DNA of 64,000 nt from an uncultured Pelagibacteraceae bacterium (GCA_902578525.1 CACHDJ010000002.1:8699-72698); one strand, 5' to 3'. Positions 12,771-23,310 are shown, numbered from the stretch's first letter. The notes: generated from the letters alone by a model not told the origin. Translations and numbers: made by a program.

Positions 12771-12892
12771 TTTTTTTTCTTATTTTTTATAAAAAATTTT
12801 TTTTTTGTTCTAAAACGACTATTAGTAATATTGCTTCTATGCTTAGCGTAAGCTTGTTTTTGTGCCTGTCTCATTGCTTTTTTTGATGACAT
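12767..12892 (-). CDS. Small basic protein, 41 aa (not in ORF track)
   Basis: MSSKKAMRQAQKQAYAKHRSNITNSRFRTKKKFFIKNKKKN; starts 5 nt after the upstream stop and fills the gap. Confidence 0.5.
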   Translation of the reverse strand: MSSKKAMRQAQKQAYAKHRSNITNSRFRTKKKFFIKNKKKN

Positions 12893-12897
12893 AATTT

Positions 12898-13455
12898 TTA
12901 GTAATCTATTTGAATACTTCCTATTGTTTTAAAATATCTATCCGCAATTACAATTTCCCCTGAACTTGCTTGATAATTTAAAGCAGCAGATATTACTACA
13001 TAATGTGTAACTAGTACTAAATTTTTATCACTATTCCAATTATTTATATACTCTTTAAGGTTTTCCATTTGTATTCTTTTATTTTTTATAAATTTTTCAC
13101 CATAAAAAGAATTAAGGAAATTTTTTGTTTCAAATTTATTAAACCCAATTAAAGCTGTTTCTTTACATCTACACCATTCACTTGAAATTACTAAATCTAT
13201 TTGAATATTATTATGCTTAAAAAAATTACCAATCTTTTTAGCTTGTTTTCTTCCAGCATCATTTAAATTTCTTTGAGTTGAGCAATCTTTAATCTCAAAA
13301 TTATTTGGATCTCCATTTCCTGGTGCATAAGCATGTCTTATAAAAATAAGATTACCTCCTTTTTTTAGATTTTCTAAAGCTTGATCTTCTGAATCTGCTT
13401 TAATTCCATTTGTTAAAGATAAAAATATAATTAATATAACCTTAAATAATTTCAT
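12898..13455 (-). CDS. Histidine phosphatase family protein (exported)
   Basis: FIRHA, SSEWCRCKETA, LVTH motifs; signal peptide. Confidence 0.85.
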   Translation of the reverse strand: MKLFKVILIIFLSLTNGIKADSEDQALENLKKGGNLIFIRHAYAPGNGDPNNFEIKDCSTQRNLNDAGRKQAKKIGNFFKHNNIQIDLVISSEWCRCKETALIGFNKFETKNFLNSFYGEKFIKNKRIQMENLKEYINNWNSDKNLVLVTHYVVISAALNYQASSGEIVIADRYFKTIGSIQIDY

Positions 13456-13457
13456 TA

Positions 13458-14138
13458 ATGAATATTAAGTTTAAAAAACTAAATAAAACAATAGTTAGAT
13501 GTAAAAAATGTCCTCGTTTAACAAATTTTGTAAAAAAAATATCGTTAGAAAAAAGGAAACAAAATATTAATGAAACATATTGGGGAAAACCTGTTACAGG
13601 TTTTGGTGACATAAAAGCAAAACTTATGATCATAGGCCTAGCACCTGCTGCACATGGAGGCACAAGAACAGGTAGGGCTTTTACGGGAGATAAGTCAGGT
13701 GACTTTCTATTTAAAAGTCTTCATTCAGTTAAAATATCTAATCAAAATTTTTCTAAAAATACTAATGACGGATTAAAGTTAAAATCTACCTTTATAACTA
13801 ATATATTAAAATGTGTACCACCTGGTGATAAACCAAAGAATAATGAACTTTCAATGTGTTCAAATTATTTTATAAAAGAATTAGATTATTTAAAAAATCT
13901 AAAAGTAATTGTGGCTCTTGGTAAAGTTGCTTTTGATAATTGTTTAAAAATTTATAAAAAAAGATTTAAGATTATTAGAAAATTCAAGTTTAAACATAAT
14001 AAAAAGTATTTATTACCAGATGGCAGAACATTAATAGCTTGTTACCACCCAAGTCCTAGAAATGTAAATACAAAAGTTGTAACTTCTAAAATGGTCAATC
14101 AGTTATTTAGAAAAGCAAAAAAAATTGCTAAGTTTTGA
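13458..14138 (+). CDS. Uracil-DNA glycosylase, family 5 (UdgB-like)
   Basis: CxxCPRL, GLAPAAHGG.RTGR.FTGD.SG, YHPSPRN. Confidence 0.9.
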   Translation: MNIKFKKLNKTIVRCKKCPRLTNFVKKISLEKRKQNINETYWGKPVTGFGDIKAKLMIIGLAPAAHGGTRTGRAFTGDKSGDFLFKSLHSVKISNQNFSKNTNDGLKLKSTFITNILKCVPPGDKPKNNELSMCSNYFIKELDYLKNLKVIVALGKVAFDNCLKIYKKRFKIIRKFKFKHNKKYLLPDGRTLIACYHPSPRNVNTKVVTSKMVNQLFRKAKKIAKF

Positions 14139-14550
14139 TCGTATCGCAAAAAAATGGTTTGAATTTATTATAAATTTCATCTGGTATTTTCACAGGTTTG
14201 CCATCTATATTTACAAAAACTAAATGAATTTGAGCCTCTGCAATTATTTCCTCTTCTTTTGTAATTATTTGATTCATAAAAAAAGAAGTCTTAGTAATTG
14301 ACTTTACAAATGATCTAATAGTCAATTCATCTTCAAGAAAAGCTGATTTTTTATATTCAATATTACAAGATTTAACAATTATTAAAATTTTAAATTTTTC
14401 TTGGATCTTTTTATTACTAAACCCAATTGAAAATAAAGCTTCAGTTCTAGCTCTCTCTAGAAACTTTAAATAATTTGCATAATAAACTACTCCTCCTGAA
14501 TCTGTATCCTCATAATAAATTTTTAATTTATGAAAGAAATTTTCATGCAT
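14128..14550 (-). CDS. ybgC: YbgC/FadM family acyl-CoA thioesterase
   Basis: YYEDTDSGGVVYYANYLKFLERARTE. Confidence 0.85.
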   Translation of the reverse strand: MHENFFHKLKIYYEDTDSGGVVYYANYLKFLERARTEALFSIGFSNKKIQEKFKILIIVKSCNIEYKKSAFLEDELTIRSFVKSITKTSFFMNQIITKEEEIIAEAQIHLVFVNIDGKPVKIPDEIYNKFKPFFCDTIKT

Positions 14551-14607
14551 ATTAGAATTATATCAAATTATTAATTATTTTACAGAAACTAGAGTATAAG
14601 TATCTAT

Positions 14608-14748
14608 ATGAATATTTTCGTAATATGGCTGGTAATGGTCATTGCATGGAACTATGGGTTCCCTCAAGCAAGTCCTTTAGAAGATGTAGTTGTGGCAGTA
14701 ATTTTATCTTTCATGAGTAATATTTTAAAAAAATATATTAAAATTTAA
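14608..14748 (+). CDS. Small membrane protein, 46 aa (not in ORF track)
   Basis: MNIFVIWLVMVIAWNYGFPQASPLEDVVVAVILSFMSNILKKYIKI; abuts the stop of the convergent gene. Confidence 0.65.
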   Translation: MNIFVIWLVMVIAWNYGFPQASPLEDVVVAVILSFMSNILKKYIKI

Positions 14749-15399
14749 TTACTCAGCAGAAAAGTAGATATTCTTATAATAAGCTATCGCTTTCATTTTT
14801 GAATTATCAGTATCAGACATTATAGCTAAACCATCTAGTTCATTTACGTCTAAATCATGAAATTTTTTAAAATCTTCTTTTACGTTAGATTTCACAGTAA
14901 CCCACTCATTAAGATTATTGATTGTAGTTGCCAAAACATTATCAATAGATTTTTTTGTATACGGGCTAGGAAAATTGACTCCTATTTGATTATTACTTGA
15001 AAAAACATAATTAATCGCTCTATTTGAGAGTGGTGTAGCACCTGTTTTTTTTATAGCAAAAACTCTAGCAGCAAAATCATGTCCTTTTTTAGTGTTTTCT
15101 TTAATACCTGCTAAATCTTTTTCAATTTTCCATGTAATATTTATAAATGGTGTTTTATTTAGATCAATTTTGATTTCTTTTCCTAATCCTGAAGCAGCAT
15201 TGTCAGCTACTGCTTTAAAAAAGTTGCCATTATCATTTGATCCAACTGTATAAACGGTTTTATTATCTGCCCCTCTAACCTTTCTCACCTTTAGCTCAGC
15301 AAGTTCGGCCTCTGTAAATTCAAATACTTTTAATTCTTTGGCAAAGGAAGGGTTATTAAAAATAAAACAAATTATAAAAATTCTAATTAAAAAGTTCAT
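14749..15399 (-). CDS. DUF3047-like exported protein
   Basis: Signal peptide, W.WK..., HDFAARVF, INYVFSS, AIMSDTDN. Confidence 0.75.
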   Translation of the reverse strand: MNFLIRIFIICFIFNNPSFAKELKVFEFTEAELAELKVRKVRGADNKTVYTVGSNDNGNFFKAVADNAASGLGKEIKIDLNKTPFINITWKIEKDLAGIKENTKKGHDFAARVFAIKKTGATPLSNRAINYVFSSNNQIGVNFPSPYTKKSIDNVLATTINNLNEWVTVKSNVKEDFKKFHDLDVNELDGLAIMSDTDNSKMKAIAYYKNIYFSAE

Positions 15400-15485
15400 A
15401 AAAATTTTTTAAAAAAAATTGTTAATACATTATTTTGACAAGATTTAAACATCCAAAAATCAACTTTTATCTCTATAACATAATT

Positions 15486-15623
15486 ATGAAGACAATCTCA
15501 ATATTTATACTCCTTATTTATTGGTCAATAATGATTTTTGCACCAGTTATGCCTAATGATGTGAAATTAAGTAGAGCTAAAGTAACCAATATAAAAGTTG
15601 TTGAACAGAAACCTAGAAGTTAA
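15486..15623 (+). CDS. Small membrane/exported protein, 45 aa
   Basis: MKTISIFILLIYWSIMIFAPVMPNDVK...; ATG at 15486. Confidence 0.5.
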   Translation: MKTISIFILLIYWSIMIFAPVMPNDVKLSRAKVTNIKVVEQKPRS

Positions 15624-16372
15624 TAAGTCGAACGACCACCACTTATATCAAAAACAGCTGCAGTAGAGAAAGTATTTTCCTCAGAAGAAAGCCAACACAC
15701 CAGTGAGGTAAATTCCTCGACTTCAAGAAATCTACCTCTTGGTACCTTAGATAACATTCTTTGAACGTGTTCTTTAGTCATTTGGTCCAAAATTCTTGTT
15801 TTAGCACCAGCAGGTGTTACAACATTTACTGCTATATTTTTATCAGCAAGCTCTTTACCTAGAGATTTTGTTAGACCAATAGCTCCAGCTTTACCCACGC
15901 TATATGCACTTGCATTGGCATTCCCATCTTTTCCTGCAACTGATGCAACATTTACAATTCTACCATAATTATTCTTGATCATATTAGGAACTATAGTTCT
16001 GCAACAATTGAATGTTCCCATCAAATTTATATTTACAACTTTTTTCCACACTTCAACATCATATTCCCAAAGTGATGCTGTAGGACCAGTAATACCAGCA
16101 TTATTAATTAAAATATCAATATTAGTATTTTTTAAAATTTCATTGGTACAGTTCACAACTTCTTCATAGTTGGATACATCAACAATATTTGAGCTTAGAT
16201 TAGAATGATCTAAATCTTTGATAGCTTTTTCTAACATTTTTGAGTCTAAATCCCAAATTATTACTTTAGCTCCTGATTTTAAAAATCGTTTTACAATATC
16301 AAGCCCGAAACCTTGGGCTCCTCCTGTAACAACAGCTGTTCTATTTTTAAAATCAAAATTAATTTTATCCAT
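15620..16372 (-). CDS. Short-chain dehydrogenase/reductase
   Basis: TGGAQGFG, NNAG, YSVGK (YxxxK); start trimmed to 16372. Confidence 0.9.
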   Translation of the reverse strand: MDKINFDFKNRTAVVTGGAQGFGLDIVKRFLKSGAKVIIWDLDSKMLEKAIKDLDHSNLSSNIVDVSNYEEVVNCTNEILKNTNIDILINNAGITGPTASLWEYDVEVWKKVVNINLMGTFNCCRTIVPNMIKNNYGRIVNVASVAGKDGNANASAYSVGKAGAIGLTKSLGKELADKNIAVNVVTPAGAKTRILDQMTKEHVQRMLSKVPRGRFLEVEEFTSLVCWLSSEENTFSTAAVFDISGGRSTY

Positions 16373-16377
16373 TTTAA

Positions 16378-17835
16378 TTATTTTTTTTCTAATAAGTAAT
16401 AAACAAAACCGGAAACTAAAGTTCCAATTATCCAAGCATAAGATTGTAAAAACATTAAATCATAATTCCATATAGTTGAGGATGAAAAAATAAACCCAAT
16501 TATAATTGAATAAATTGCCTTGATGTGCCAGCCATTTGAATAATTAAAAGAACTTTCAAATGAAAACTTGTGAATATCTTTAATTTCAATTTTCGACCGG
16601 TTAATCAAATGATAATTAACAATCATCACTCCACTTATAGGGCCAAAAAAAGAACCAAAAGTATCAATAAATGAAAGAATTCCAATTTGACTTAATAAAG
16701 TTGGCCAAAGTATCCCTATAATAAATCCAAAAAAACCAATCGTATAACTGACTTTTTTTAAGTTTAATTTATTTGGAACAAAATTAATTAAAGAATATTG
16801 TGAAGGTATAAAGTTAGCAATTAAATTGGTAGAAGCTGAAGCTATAATAATAAAGAACAAAGTAATAACTGTTATCTGCAAATTATCAAATTTACCAATT
16901 ATATCTGTAGGGTTAGTAAATATTTTGTTAATATCTTCAAACTTTTGATTTAAAAAAAGATCAGAACCAGCAACTATAAAAACTGCAAAAAAAGAAAAAA
17001 CTAATAAATTTAACAATAAACTTAAATTACCATTTTTAAGTTGTTTTTCATTTTTCACATAACGAGAAAAATCTCCAAAACTAATTAAGATTATAGAAAA
17101 GTAAGCAAAAATTGTACCAGCTACCGAAACTAATGGAATAAAATTGTTATAATCTAAAAAATTATCAAAATTAAGTATTTCAGTGAAAGCTTTAGATGTT
17201 AATCTTACATCTGTTAATAAAATTACGAAAAAAAAGAATATCATTCCCGAATAAACAACTATTGCTGAAAAATTTATAATTTTTCTGTTAGCAAGCATTC
17301 CTTTGCTAAAAATATAAATTTGAATTGCTATACATAAAATTAGCGAGGACCAATCAATAATATTTAGACCCAACAAAAACATTAAAAAGATATCTTGATC
17401 TAGAATAGTGTTATCAATCGTAAAAAATAAAATTCTTATTAAATAACTTATTGCTTTAGATAAAAAATATGTTTGGATACCAAACATAAAAATTCCAACC
17501 AAACTTCTTAAAAAGCCAAAGTATTTAGCACCTTTAAAACCTAAGGAAATCCTTAGTAATGTTGCAAAAGGAAGTCCATATTTTTGTGATGGTTTTCCTA
17601 TTAAATTCGAAAAAAAATAAACAAGAATAGATCCTAAAATAGACCCAAAGAAAACTGCAAAAAAATTTAAATTATAAATAACGTATAACGATGCTATCAA
17701 AGAAAAACCAATTATAGTTTGAACATTAACACCCCAAAAACAAAATAAATCTTTCCAGTTCCAATTTTTTGAGTTGGGATTTACTGAAACCAATTCCCAG
17801 TTAATTACGTTTTCACTGATTTTATTCTGACTCAC
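16378..17835 (-). CDS. NCS1-family nucleobase:cation symporter-like permease
   Basis: 12-TM pattern, KYGLPF..LLR.S.G..GA, DFSRY, TNLIANF; GTG start. Confidence 0.8.
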   Translation of the reverse strand: MSQNKISENVINWELVSVNPNSKNWNWKDLFCFWGVNVQTIIGFSLIASLYVIYNLNFFAVFFGSILGSILVYFFSNLIGKPSQKYGLPFATLLRISLGFKGAKYFGFLRSLVGIFMFGIQTYFLSKAISYLIRILFFTIDNTILDQDIFLMFLLGLNIIDWSSLILCIAIQIYIFSKGMLANRKIINFSAIVVYSGMIFFFFVILLTDVRLTSKAFTEILNFDNFLDYNNFIPLVSVAGTIFAYFSIILISFGDFSRYVKNEKQLKNGNLSLLLNLLVFSFFAVFIVAGSDLFLNQKFEDINKIFTNPTDIIGKFDNLQITVITLFFIIIASASTNLIANFIPSQYSLINFVPNKLNLKKVSYTIGFFGFIIGILWPTLLSQIGILSFIDTFGSFFGPISGVMIVNYHLINRSKIEIKDIHKFSFESSFNYSNGWHIKAIYSIIIGFIFSSSTIWNYDLMFLQSYAWIIGTLVSGFVYYLLEKK

Positions 17836-17861
17836 TATTTAAGATACTAAACTAATATTTT

Positions 17862-19196
17862 TTACTGTCCATATAAGAGAGTTGGCAACCAAAGTGCAAT
17901 TTGAGGGAATATAATAATTAGGACTAAACCTATAACTTGTAAGACCATAAATTGCATCATTCCATAATATATATCTTTAAGATCCCACTCAGGTACCACA
18001 CCTTTTAAAAAATAAGCTGATAAAGCTACAGGTGGTGACAGCCAGGCGGTTTGTAAATTTACTGCCACTAATATTGCAAACCAAGTTAAATTAAATCCAA
18101 GAGCCTCTACTAATGGTAAAATTATTGGAATTATAATCATAACGATTGGAACCCATTCAAGTGGCCAACCTAACAAAAAAATCATTACCATTATCATTGC
18201 AAGTATTAGATATTTATTCATTTCTAAACCTAATAAAAATTCTGTAAGCAAAGTTGGTGTTCCTAATCTAGCAAAAACTGCTCCAAAGAAATTTGACGCA
18301 GCAACTAGAACCATAATTAAAGCAGTAATTTCTAAAGTTTTAACTAAGGCTTCTTGAAGTTTTGAAAGCGATAACTTTTTATAAGCTAGAGATAATAAAA
18401 GAGCTCCCATAGCACCACATCCAGCAGCTTCGGTAGGTGTAGCAAATCCAAATAAAATACTTCCTAAAGCTGCAAATACTAATGCTGCAGGAGGTACTAG
18501 TCCAAGAAAGAATTCTATCCAAACTTCTTTCATGCTAGCTGCTCTCATATCTTCTGGTAAAACTGGCCCTAGTTTTGGATTGATCATACATCTAATTGTT
18601 GTGTAAGCAGCATATAAGGAAGCAAGAAGAATTCCTGGGAAAATTGCAGCTGCAAATAAATCAATAACTGGTATTTCCATAATTGGCCCCATAACAACAA
18701 GCATAATACTTGGTGGAATTAATATCCCCAATGTCCCACCCGCAGTAATAGTGCCGGCAGCAAGTTTTACATCATAGCCAGACCTGTTCATTGACTTTGC
18801 TGCCATTATTCCAAGTATTGTAACTGAGGCACCAACTATTCCTGTAGCTGCTGCAAAGATTACTGAAACAAATAAAACTGCGTAATATAGAGATCCCTTA
18901 ACTTTTGCTAACATCATTTGAAAAGCTGAAAATAATCTTTCCATAAGACCAGCTTGTTCCATCATGATTCCCATAAAGACAAAAAGTGGTACGGCTGCAA
19001 GTGTCTGTTCGGTCATGACCATAGAGAATTGAAGGGTCATTAAATAAAATACTAATTTTCCAAACCCTAGATATCCAAAAACAAATCCTAAAAAAATTAA
19101 AGTAAATGAAATTGGAAACCCAACAAATATTGCAAAAAGCATTACACCAACAAGAATAAATCCTAATATCGCTGGATCTATTAACTCAGCAATCAT
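17862..19196 (-). CDS. TRAP transporter large permease (DctM)
   Basis: LAAVPLFVFMG, GGTLGILIPPS, ATPTEAA. Confidence 0.95.
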   Translation of the reverse strand: MIAELIDPAILGFILVGVMLFAIFVGFPISFTLIFLGFVFGYLGFGKLVFYLMTLQFSMVMTEQTLAAVPLFVFMGIMMEQAGLMERLFSAFQMMLAKVKGSLYYAVLFVSVIFAAATGIVGASVTILGIMAAKSMNRSGYDVKLAAGTITAGGTLGILIPPSIMLVVMGPIMEIPVIDLFAAAIFPGILLASLYAAYTTIRCMINPKLGPVLPEDMRAASMKEVWIEFFLGLVPPAALVFAALGSILFGFATPTEAAGCGAMGALLLSLAYKKLSLSKLQEALVKTLEITALIMVLVAASNFFGAVFARLGTPTLLTEFLLGLEMNKYLILAMIMVMIFLLGWPLEWVPIVMIIIPIILPLVEALGFNLTWFAILVAVNLQTAWLSPPVALSAYFLKGVVPEWDLKDIYYGMMQFMVLQVIGLVLIIIFPQIALWLPTLLYGQ

Positions 19197-19807
19197 TTAG
19201 TATCTCCAGGCCATTCACCTTTTCTAGCTGCCCAATAACTTTTAAATAATTCAGAAACACCTTGAATAAGTAAAAAAATTATACCAATAAGTAAGCATGT
19301 TTTTATTGGCCACATATAGGGCATCCAAGTGGTATCCATGCCTCTCTCACCTCTTTGAATTGACTCTCCTACATATCCAATAGTCATATAAAGAAAAACA
19401 ATTAGACCAGGGAAATAAAATAAAAGATATAACCAAAAATCTATTAGTCCTTGGTTTTTAGTTTTAAAATTTCTATATAAAAAATCTGCTCTAATATGAA
19501 CTCCTCTAGAAAGAGCATAACCAGCTCCCAACATAAAAAGAGCTCCATATAAAAAACGACTAATATCATAAGCCCAAATAGTTGGAGCTAAAAATAATTT
19601 TCTTGCAAGTACCTCATAAGTCATTGCAAAAATAAGTGGCATTAATATCCAGCAAACAATATTGCCGATCCACTTACTGAATTTATCAATATTTATAATT
19701 GTTTTTGCCATCCATAATGGCATATCATCTGGCATTTTTCCCGAACCACCTCGCCTCTCGGCAATCATTTCATCTGAAATATCTAATTTACTTGGTTCTT
19801 CTGCCAT
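19193..19807 (-). CDS. TRAP transporter small permease (DctQ)
   Basis: 4 TM helices, HIRADFLY motif, operon position. Confidence 0.92.
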   Translation of the reverse strand: MAEEPSKLDISDEMIAERRGGSGKMPDDMPLWMAKTIINIDKFSKWIGNIVCWILMPLIFAMTYEVLARKLFLAPTIWAYDISRFLYGALFMLGAGYALSRGVHIRADFLYRNFKTKNQGLIDFWLYLLFYFPGLIVFLYMTIGYVGESIQRGERGMDTTWMPYMWPIKTCLLIGIIFLLIQGVSELFKSYWAARKGEWPGDTK

Positions 19808-19825
19808 AAAAATTTAGTCAAAAAA

Positions 19826-19856
19826 ATTAGAGCGGACTGTAAAAGTCCGCTCTAAT
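19826..19856 (-). terminator. Intra-operon stem-loop after dctP (terminator or stabiliser)
   Basis: 13-bp perfect IR ATTAGAGCGGACT-N5-AGTCCGCTCTAAT followed by a U tract on the - strand. Confidence 0.8.
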
Positions 19857-19878
19857 AAAATCAAGATTTAATTACTGA

Positions 19879-20973
19879 TTACTTTAATGTTGCTGCGTGA
19901 GCCATTCCCAGCTTCGCATTTGACATTTGAGCACCACTCCAGAAAGGAACAGCTATATCAGCAAAGTTTTTCATTGAAGTATAAACTTCGTTGAAAAATT
20001 TGTTTTCTGCAGCATTCTTATTTAAAGAAGCTTTTGCAGCAGCCATATATTCTGTGAAATAATCTGAAGGCGTATCTTCTAAGATTACTCCATGTTTAGT
20101 AGTTAACTCTCTTAATGCTTTACCATTCTCATAGATTCTGTAACTCAAAGATTTAGCTAATGAAGCATTAGCAGCAACTTCAAGAGACTTCTTCTCATGA
20201 GCACTCATAGCATTATAAGTTTTTCCAGTAATATAAAAGTCAGCATTAACCACTACTTGGTGTAAACCTTGTAGGTAGTAGTGCTTTAAAACTTTCTGGA
20301 AACCAAACGTTAAGTCTGGTTTTGGACAACACCATTCAGCGGCATCAATAGTACCTGCTTCAAGAGCTGGTAGAATATCTCCACCACCCATAGCAACAGA
20401 TGCTATACCAATGTCTTTATAAGTCTGTCCTGGTATCCCTGGAGGAGTTCTGAATTTATATTTTCTAAAATCAGCCATATCTTTAATTGGTTTTGGAAAC
20501 CAACCTAAAGCTTCAGGTCCAACTGGTTGAATCATAAATCCTTTAATATCTCTTCCCATTTCTTTCCAAAGTTGGTCGTATAATTCTTTACCACCACCAT
20601 ATTGGAACCAAGATAAAAAAGCGATATTGTCAATACCAACTCCACCACCAGCTACTGGCGAACCAAATAACATTGCAGCAGGATGGTCTCCTGACCAATA
20701 GTGTGTCCATGCGAATCCACAATCTATCAATCCTTTGTCTACTGCATCTAAAGTTTCTTTAACTCCAACAACAGCACCCGCGGGTAATATTTCAAACTTT
20801 AATGATCCACCTGTTAAAGTTGTAACAGTGTCAGTAAAATCCTTTAACATCTTAACTTCATCAGCTTTAGTGTTCAGAACTGTCTGACATTTTAGTGTTT
20901 TTGCAGCATTAGCACTAGATGTAAATCCAATAACTAAAATAGTTGCAAATAACATTGAAATGATTTTTTTCAT
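19879..20973 (-). CDS. TRAP substrate-binding protein (DctP; TakP/lactate-binding-like subgroup)
   Basis: Signal peptide, EILPAGAVVG, YWSG, FRTPPG (conserved Arg), GTIDAAEW. Confidence 0.92.
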   Translation of the reverse strand: MKKIISMLFATILVIGFTSSANAAKTLKCQTVLNTKADEVKMLKDFTDTVTTLTGGSLKFEILPAGAVVGVKETLDAVDKGLIDCGFAWTHYWSGDHPAAMLFGSPVAGGGVGIDNIAFLSWFQYGGGKELYDQLWKEMGRDIKGFMIQPVGPEALGWFPKPIKDMADFRKYKFRTPPGIPGQTYKDIGIASVAMGGGDILPALEAGTIDAAEWCCPKPDLTFGFQKVLKHYYLQGLHQVVVNADFYITGKTYNAMSAHEKKSLEVAANASLAKSLSYRIYENGKALRELTTKHGVILEDTPSDYFTEYMAAAKASLNKNAAENKFFNEVYTSMKNFADIAVPFWSGAQMSNAKLGMAHAATLK

Positions 20974-21106
20974 TATTTTTCCTCTTGTTAGTTAATTATA
21001 ACGAAGGCAGTCAATCAGAAAAATATAGGGGAGACAAGTGACAATTGTGTACTATGAGTGTAAACATTAACAAATTAGATTAATTAAAAAAACTATTCAA
21101 CTATAG

Positions 21107-22717
21107 ATGGAAAATTTTGATTATATAATAATTGGTGCAGGGTCAGCAGGATGTGTATTAGCTAATAGACTTTCAACAAATCCAAAAAATAAAGTTTTGC
21201 TTTTAGAGGCCGGGGGGAAAGATAATTATCCATGGATACATATTCCTGTTGGATATTATAAAACTATGCATAATCCTAAAGTTGATTGGTGTTTTCATAC
21301 TGAAAAAGATGAAACAATGAATAATAGGTCAATAAGGTATCCTAGAGGAAAAACATTAGGTGGAAGTTCATCGATTAATGGACTTCTATGGATAAGAGGT
21401 CAAAGTAATGATTATGATAATTGGCGTCAACAAGGTAATCCAGGATGGGGTTGGGATGATGTACTTCCTTATTTTATAAAATCTGAAAACAATGAGCTAG
21501 GTAAAAGTCAATTCCATAATGATAGTGGTCCAATAATGGTCGCTAATAAGAAGATTAAATTAAAGATGTTAGAGGAATTTATCAATGCTGCTGAAGAAAG
21601 TGGAATACCAAAAGTTAATGATTTTAACACCGGCGACAATTTTGGTGTTGGCTATTATCAATTTACTACAAGTCACAGTCATAGAGGTTTAAAATTAAGA
21701 TGTAGCGCTGCAAAAGGGTATTTAAATCCTATTAAGAAAAGATCTAATTTAAAAATTGTTACCCATGCTCATGTTGAAAAAATAAATTTTGATGGAAAAA
21801 AAGCAATAAGTTTAAATTACTTTAATAACGGAAAATCAATCGAGGTTAAAACAAATAAAGAAATAATTTTATCTGCTGGATCAATCGGATCACCTCACAT
21901 TCTACAAATTTCGGGAATTGGTGATAGTGAGAAACTTAAGAAATTTGGAATTAATACAATTAATCAATTAAAAGGTGTTGGTAAAAATTTACAGGATCAT
22001 TTAATGTTTAGACCAGTTTATAAAGTAAAAAATCTTAAATCTTTAAATAAAAAAATAAATAGTCTTTTTGGAAATTTTTTAATTGCCTTAGAATACATCT
22101 TTAATCAAAGTGGTCCCATGACTATGGGAGCAAGCCAAGTTTGTGGTTTTGCTAAAAGTGATAATTCAAGAGAAACCCCTAATTTACAGTTTCATGTTCA
22201 ACCAATCAGTACAGATATTTTAGGAGCTTCAAAGTTGCATGATTTTGAAGGTATTACTCCAACTGTTGCAAATGTTAGACCTACTAGTAGAGGTGAAATA
22301 AATATAATTAGTAATAATATTAAAGATTACCCTAAAATTAAGATGAACTATCTCTCAACTGATGATGATAGATATGTTGCTGCTCAAGGACTTAAACTTG
22401 TCAGAAAAATAATGTTAGAAACTGAGACATTCAAAAGATATGAACCCGAAGAGTATAGACCTGGATTACATGTTACAGATGATGAAGAGTTAGTTAAAGC
22501 AGGGAGTGATTATACTCAAACTATTTTTCACCCTGTTGGAACTTGTAAAATGGGAAGAGATGAAAATTCTGTAGTAGATGAGAAGTTAAAAGTTCATGGA
22601 ATAGAAAATCTTAGAGTTATAGATGCTTCTATAATGCCTAATATCACATCTGGAAATACAAATGCACCGACGATAATGATTGCAGAGAAAGGTGCAGATA
22701 TGATACTAGAAAATTAA
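21107..22717 (+). CDS. GMC flavoprotein oxidoreductase (choline/isethionate dehydrogenase-like)
   Basis: IIIGAGSAGC, PRGKTLGGSSSING, FHPVGTCKMG, GNTNAPTIMIAEK. Confidence 0.92.
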   Translation: MENFDYIIIGAGSAGCVLANRLSTNPKNKVLLLEAGGKDNYPWIHIPVGYYKTMHNPKVDWCFHTEKDETMNNRSIRYPRGKTLGGSSSINGLLWIRGQSNDYDNWRQQGNPGWGWDDVLPYFIKSENNELGKSQFHNDSGPIMVANKKIKLKMLEEFINAAEESGIPKVNDFNTGDNFGVGYYQFTTSHSHRGLKLRCSAAKGYLNPIKKRSNLKIVTHAHVEKINFDGKKAISLNYFNNGKSIEVKTNKEIILSAGSIGSPHILQISGIGDSEKLKKFGINTINQLKGVGKNLQDHLMFRPVYKVKNLKSLNKKINSLFGNFLIALEYIFNQSGPMTMGASQVCGFAKSDNSRETPNLQFHVQPISTDILGASKLHDFEGITPTVANVRPTSRGEINIISNNIKDYPKIKMNYLSTDDDRYVAAQGLKLVRKIMLETETFKRYEPEEYRPGLHVTDDEELVKAGSDYTQTIFHPVGTCKMGRDENSVVDEKLKVHGIENLRVIDASIMPNITSGNTNAPTIMIAEKGADMILEN

Positions 22718-23310
22718 TGTTTGCAGACTTATTTACACCAGAACAATTAACTATCTTAACTCAAATTATTTTAATTGATTTAGTTCTTGCTGGTGACAAT
22801 GCAATTATTATTGGTATGGTTGCATCAAAATTTCCATTGAATCAAAGAAGAAAAATTATTTTTTGGGGAATAGGTGGAGCAGTAATTTTAAGAATAATTT
22901 TAACTTTACTAACTGCTTACTTGCTTCAAATTACCGGATTAAGGCTTCTTGGTGGAATTCTTCTTCTTTATATAGTTTATAAACTTTATACTGATGTAAT
23001 CAAAGGTTCTGATCATAATGAAGATATCAAAGTTGATAATTCAAGTTTTCTAAAAGCTATTTGGACAATTTTATTAGCAGACTTTACAATGAGTTTAGAT
23101 AACGTTTTAGGAGTTGCTGGAGCAGCAGGAGATCATTACAGCTTGTTAGTATTTGGTTTAGTTTTATCGATTGCATTAATGGCTTTTGCAGCAACACTAA
23201 TTTCAAATTGGATAAAAAAATATAAATGGATTGCCTGGGCAGGATTATTTGCAATATTAATTGTTGCTATTGAATTGATTTATACTGATATTCAAATATT
23301 ATTTTTATAA
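22717..23310 (+). CDS. TerC-family (YjbE-like) membrane protein
   Basis: IDLVLAGDNA, ADFTMSLDNVL. Confidence 0.9.
   Translation: MFADLFTPEQLTILTQIILIDLVLAGDNAIIIGMVASKFPLNQRRKIIFWGIGGAVILRIILTLLTAYLLQITGLRLLGGILLLYIVYKLYTDVIKGSDHNEDIKVDNSSFLKAIWTILLADFTMSLDNVLGVAGAAGDHYSLLVFGLVLSIALMAFAATLISNWIKKYKWIAWAGLFAILIVAIELIYTDIQILFL

Noticed and set aside
5672-12800. tRNAs as possible integration sites
   Set aside because: No integrase and no duplicated tRNA 3' end noticed; flanks are core or small genes
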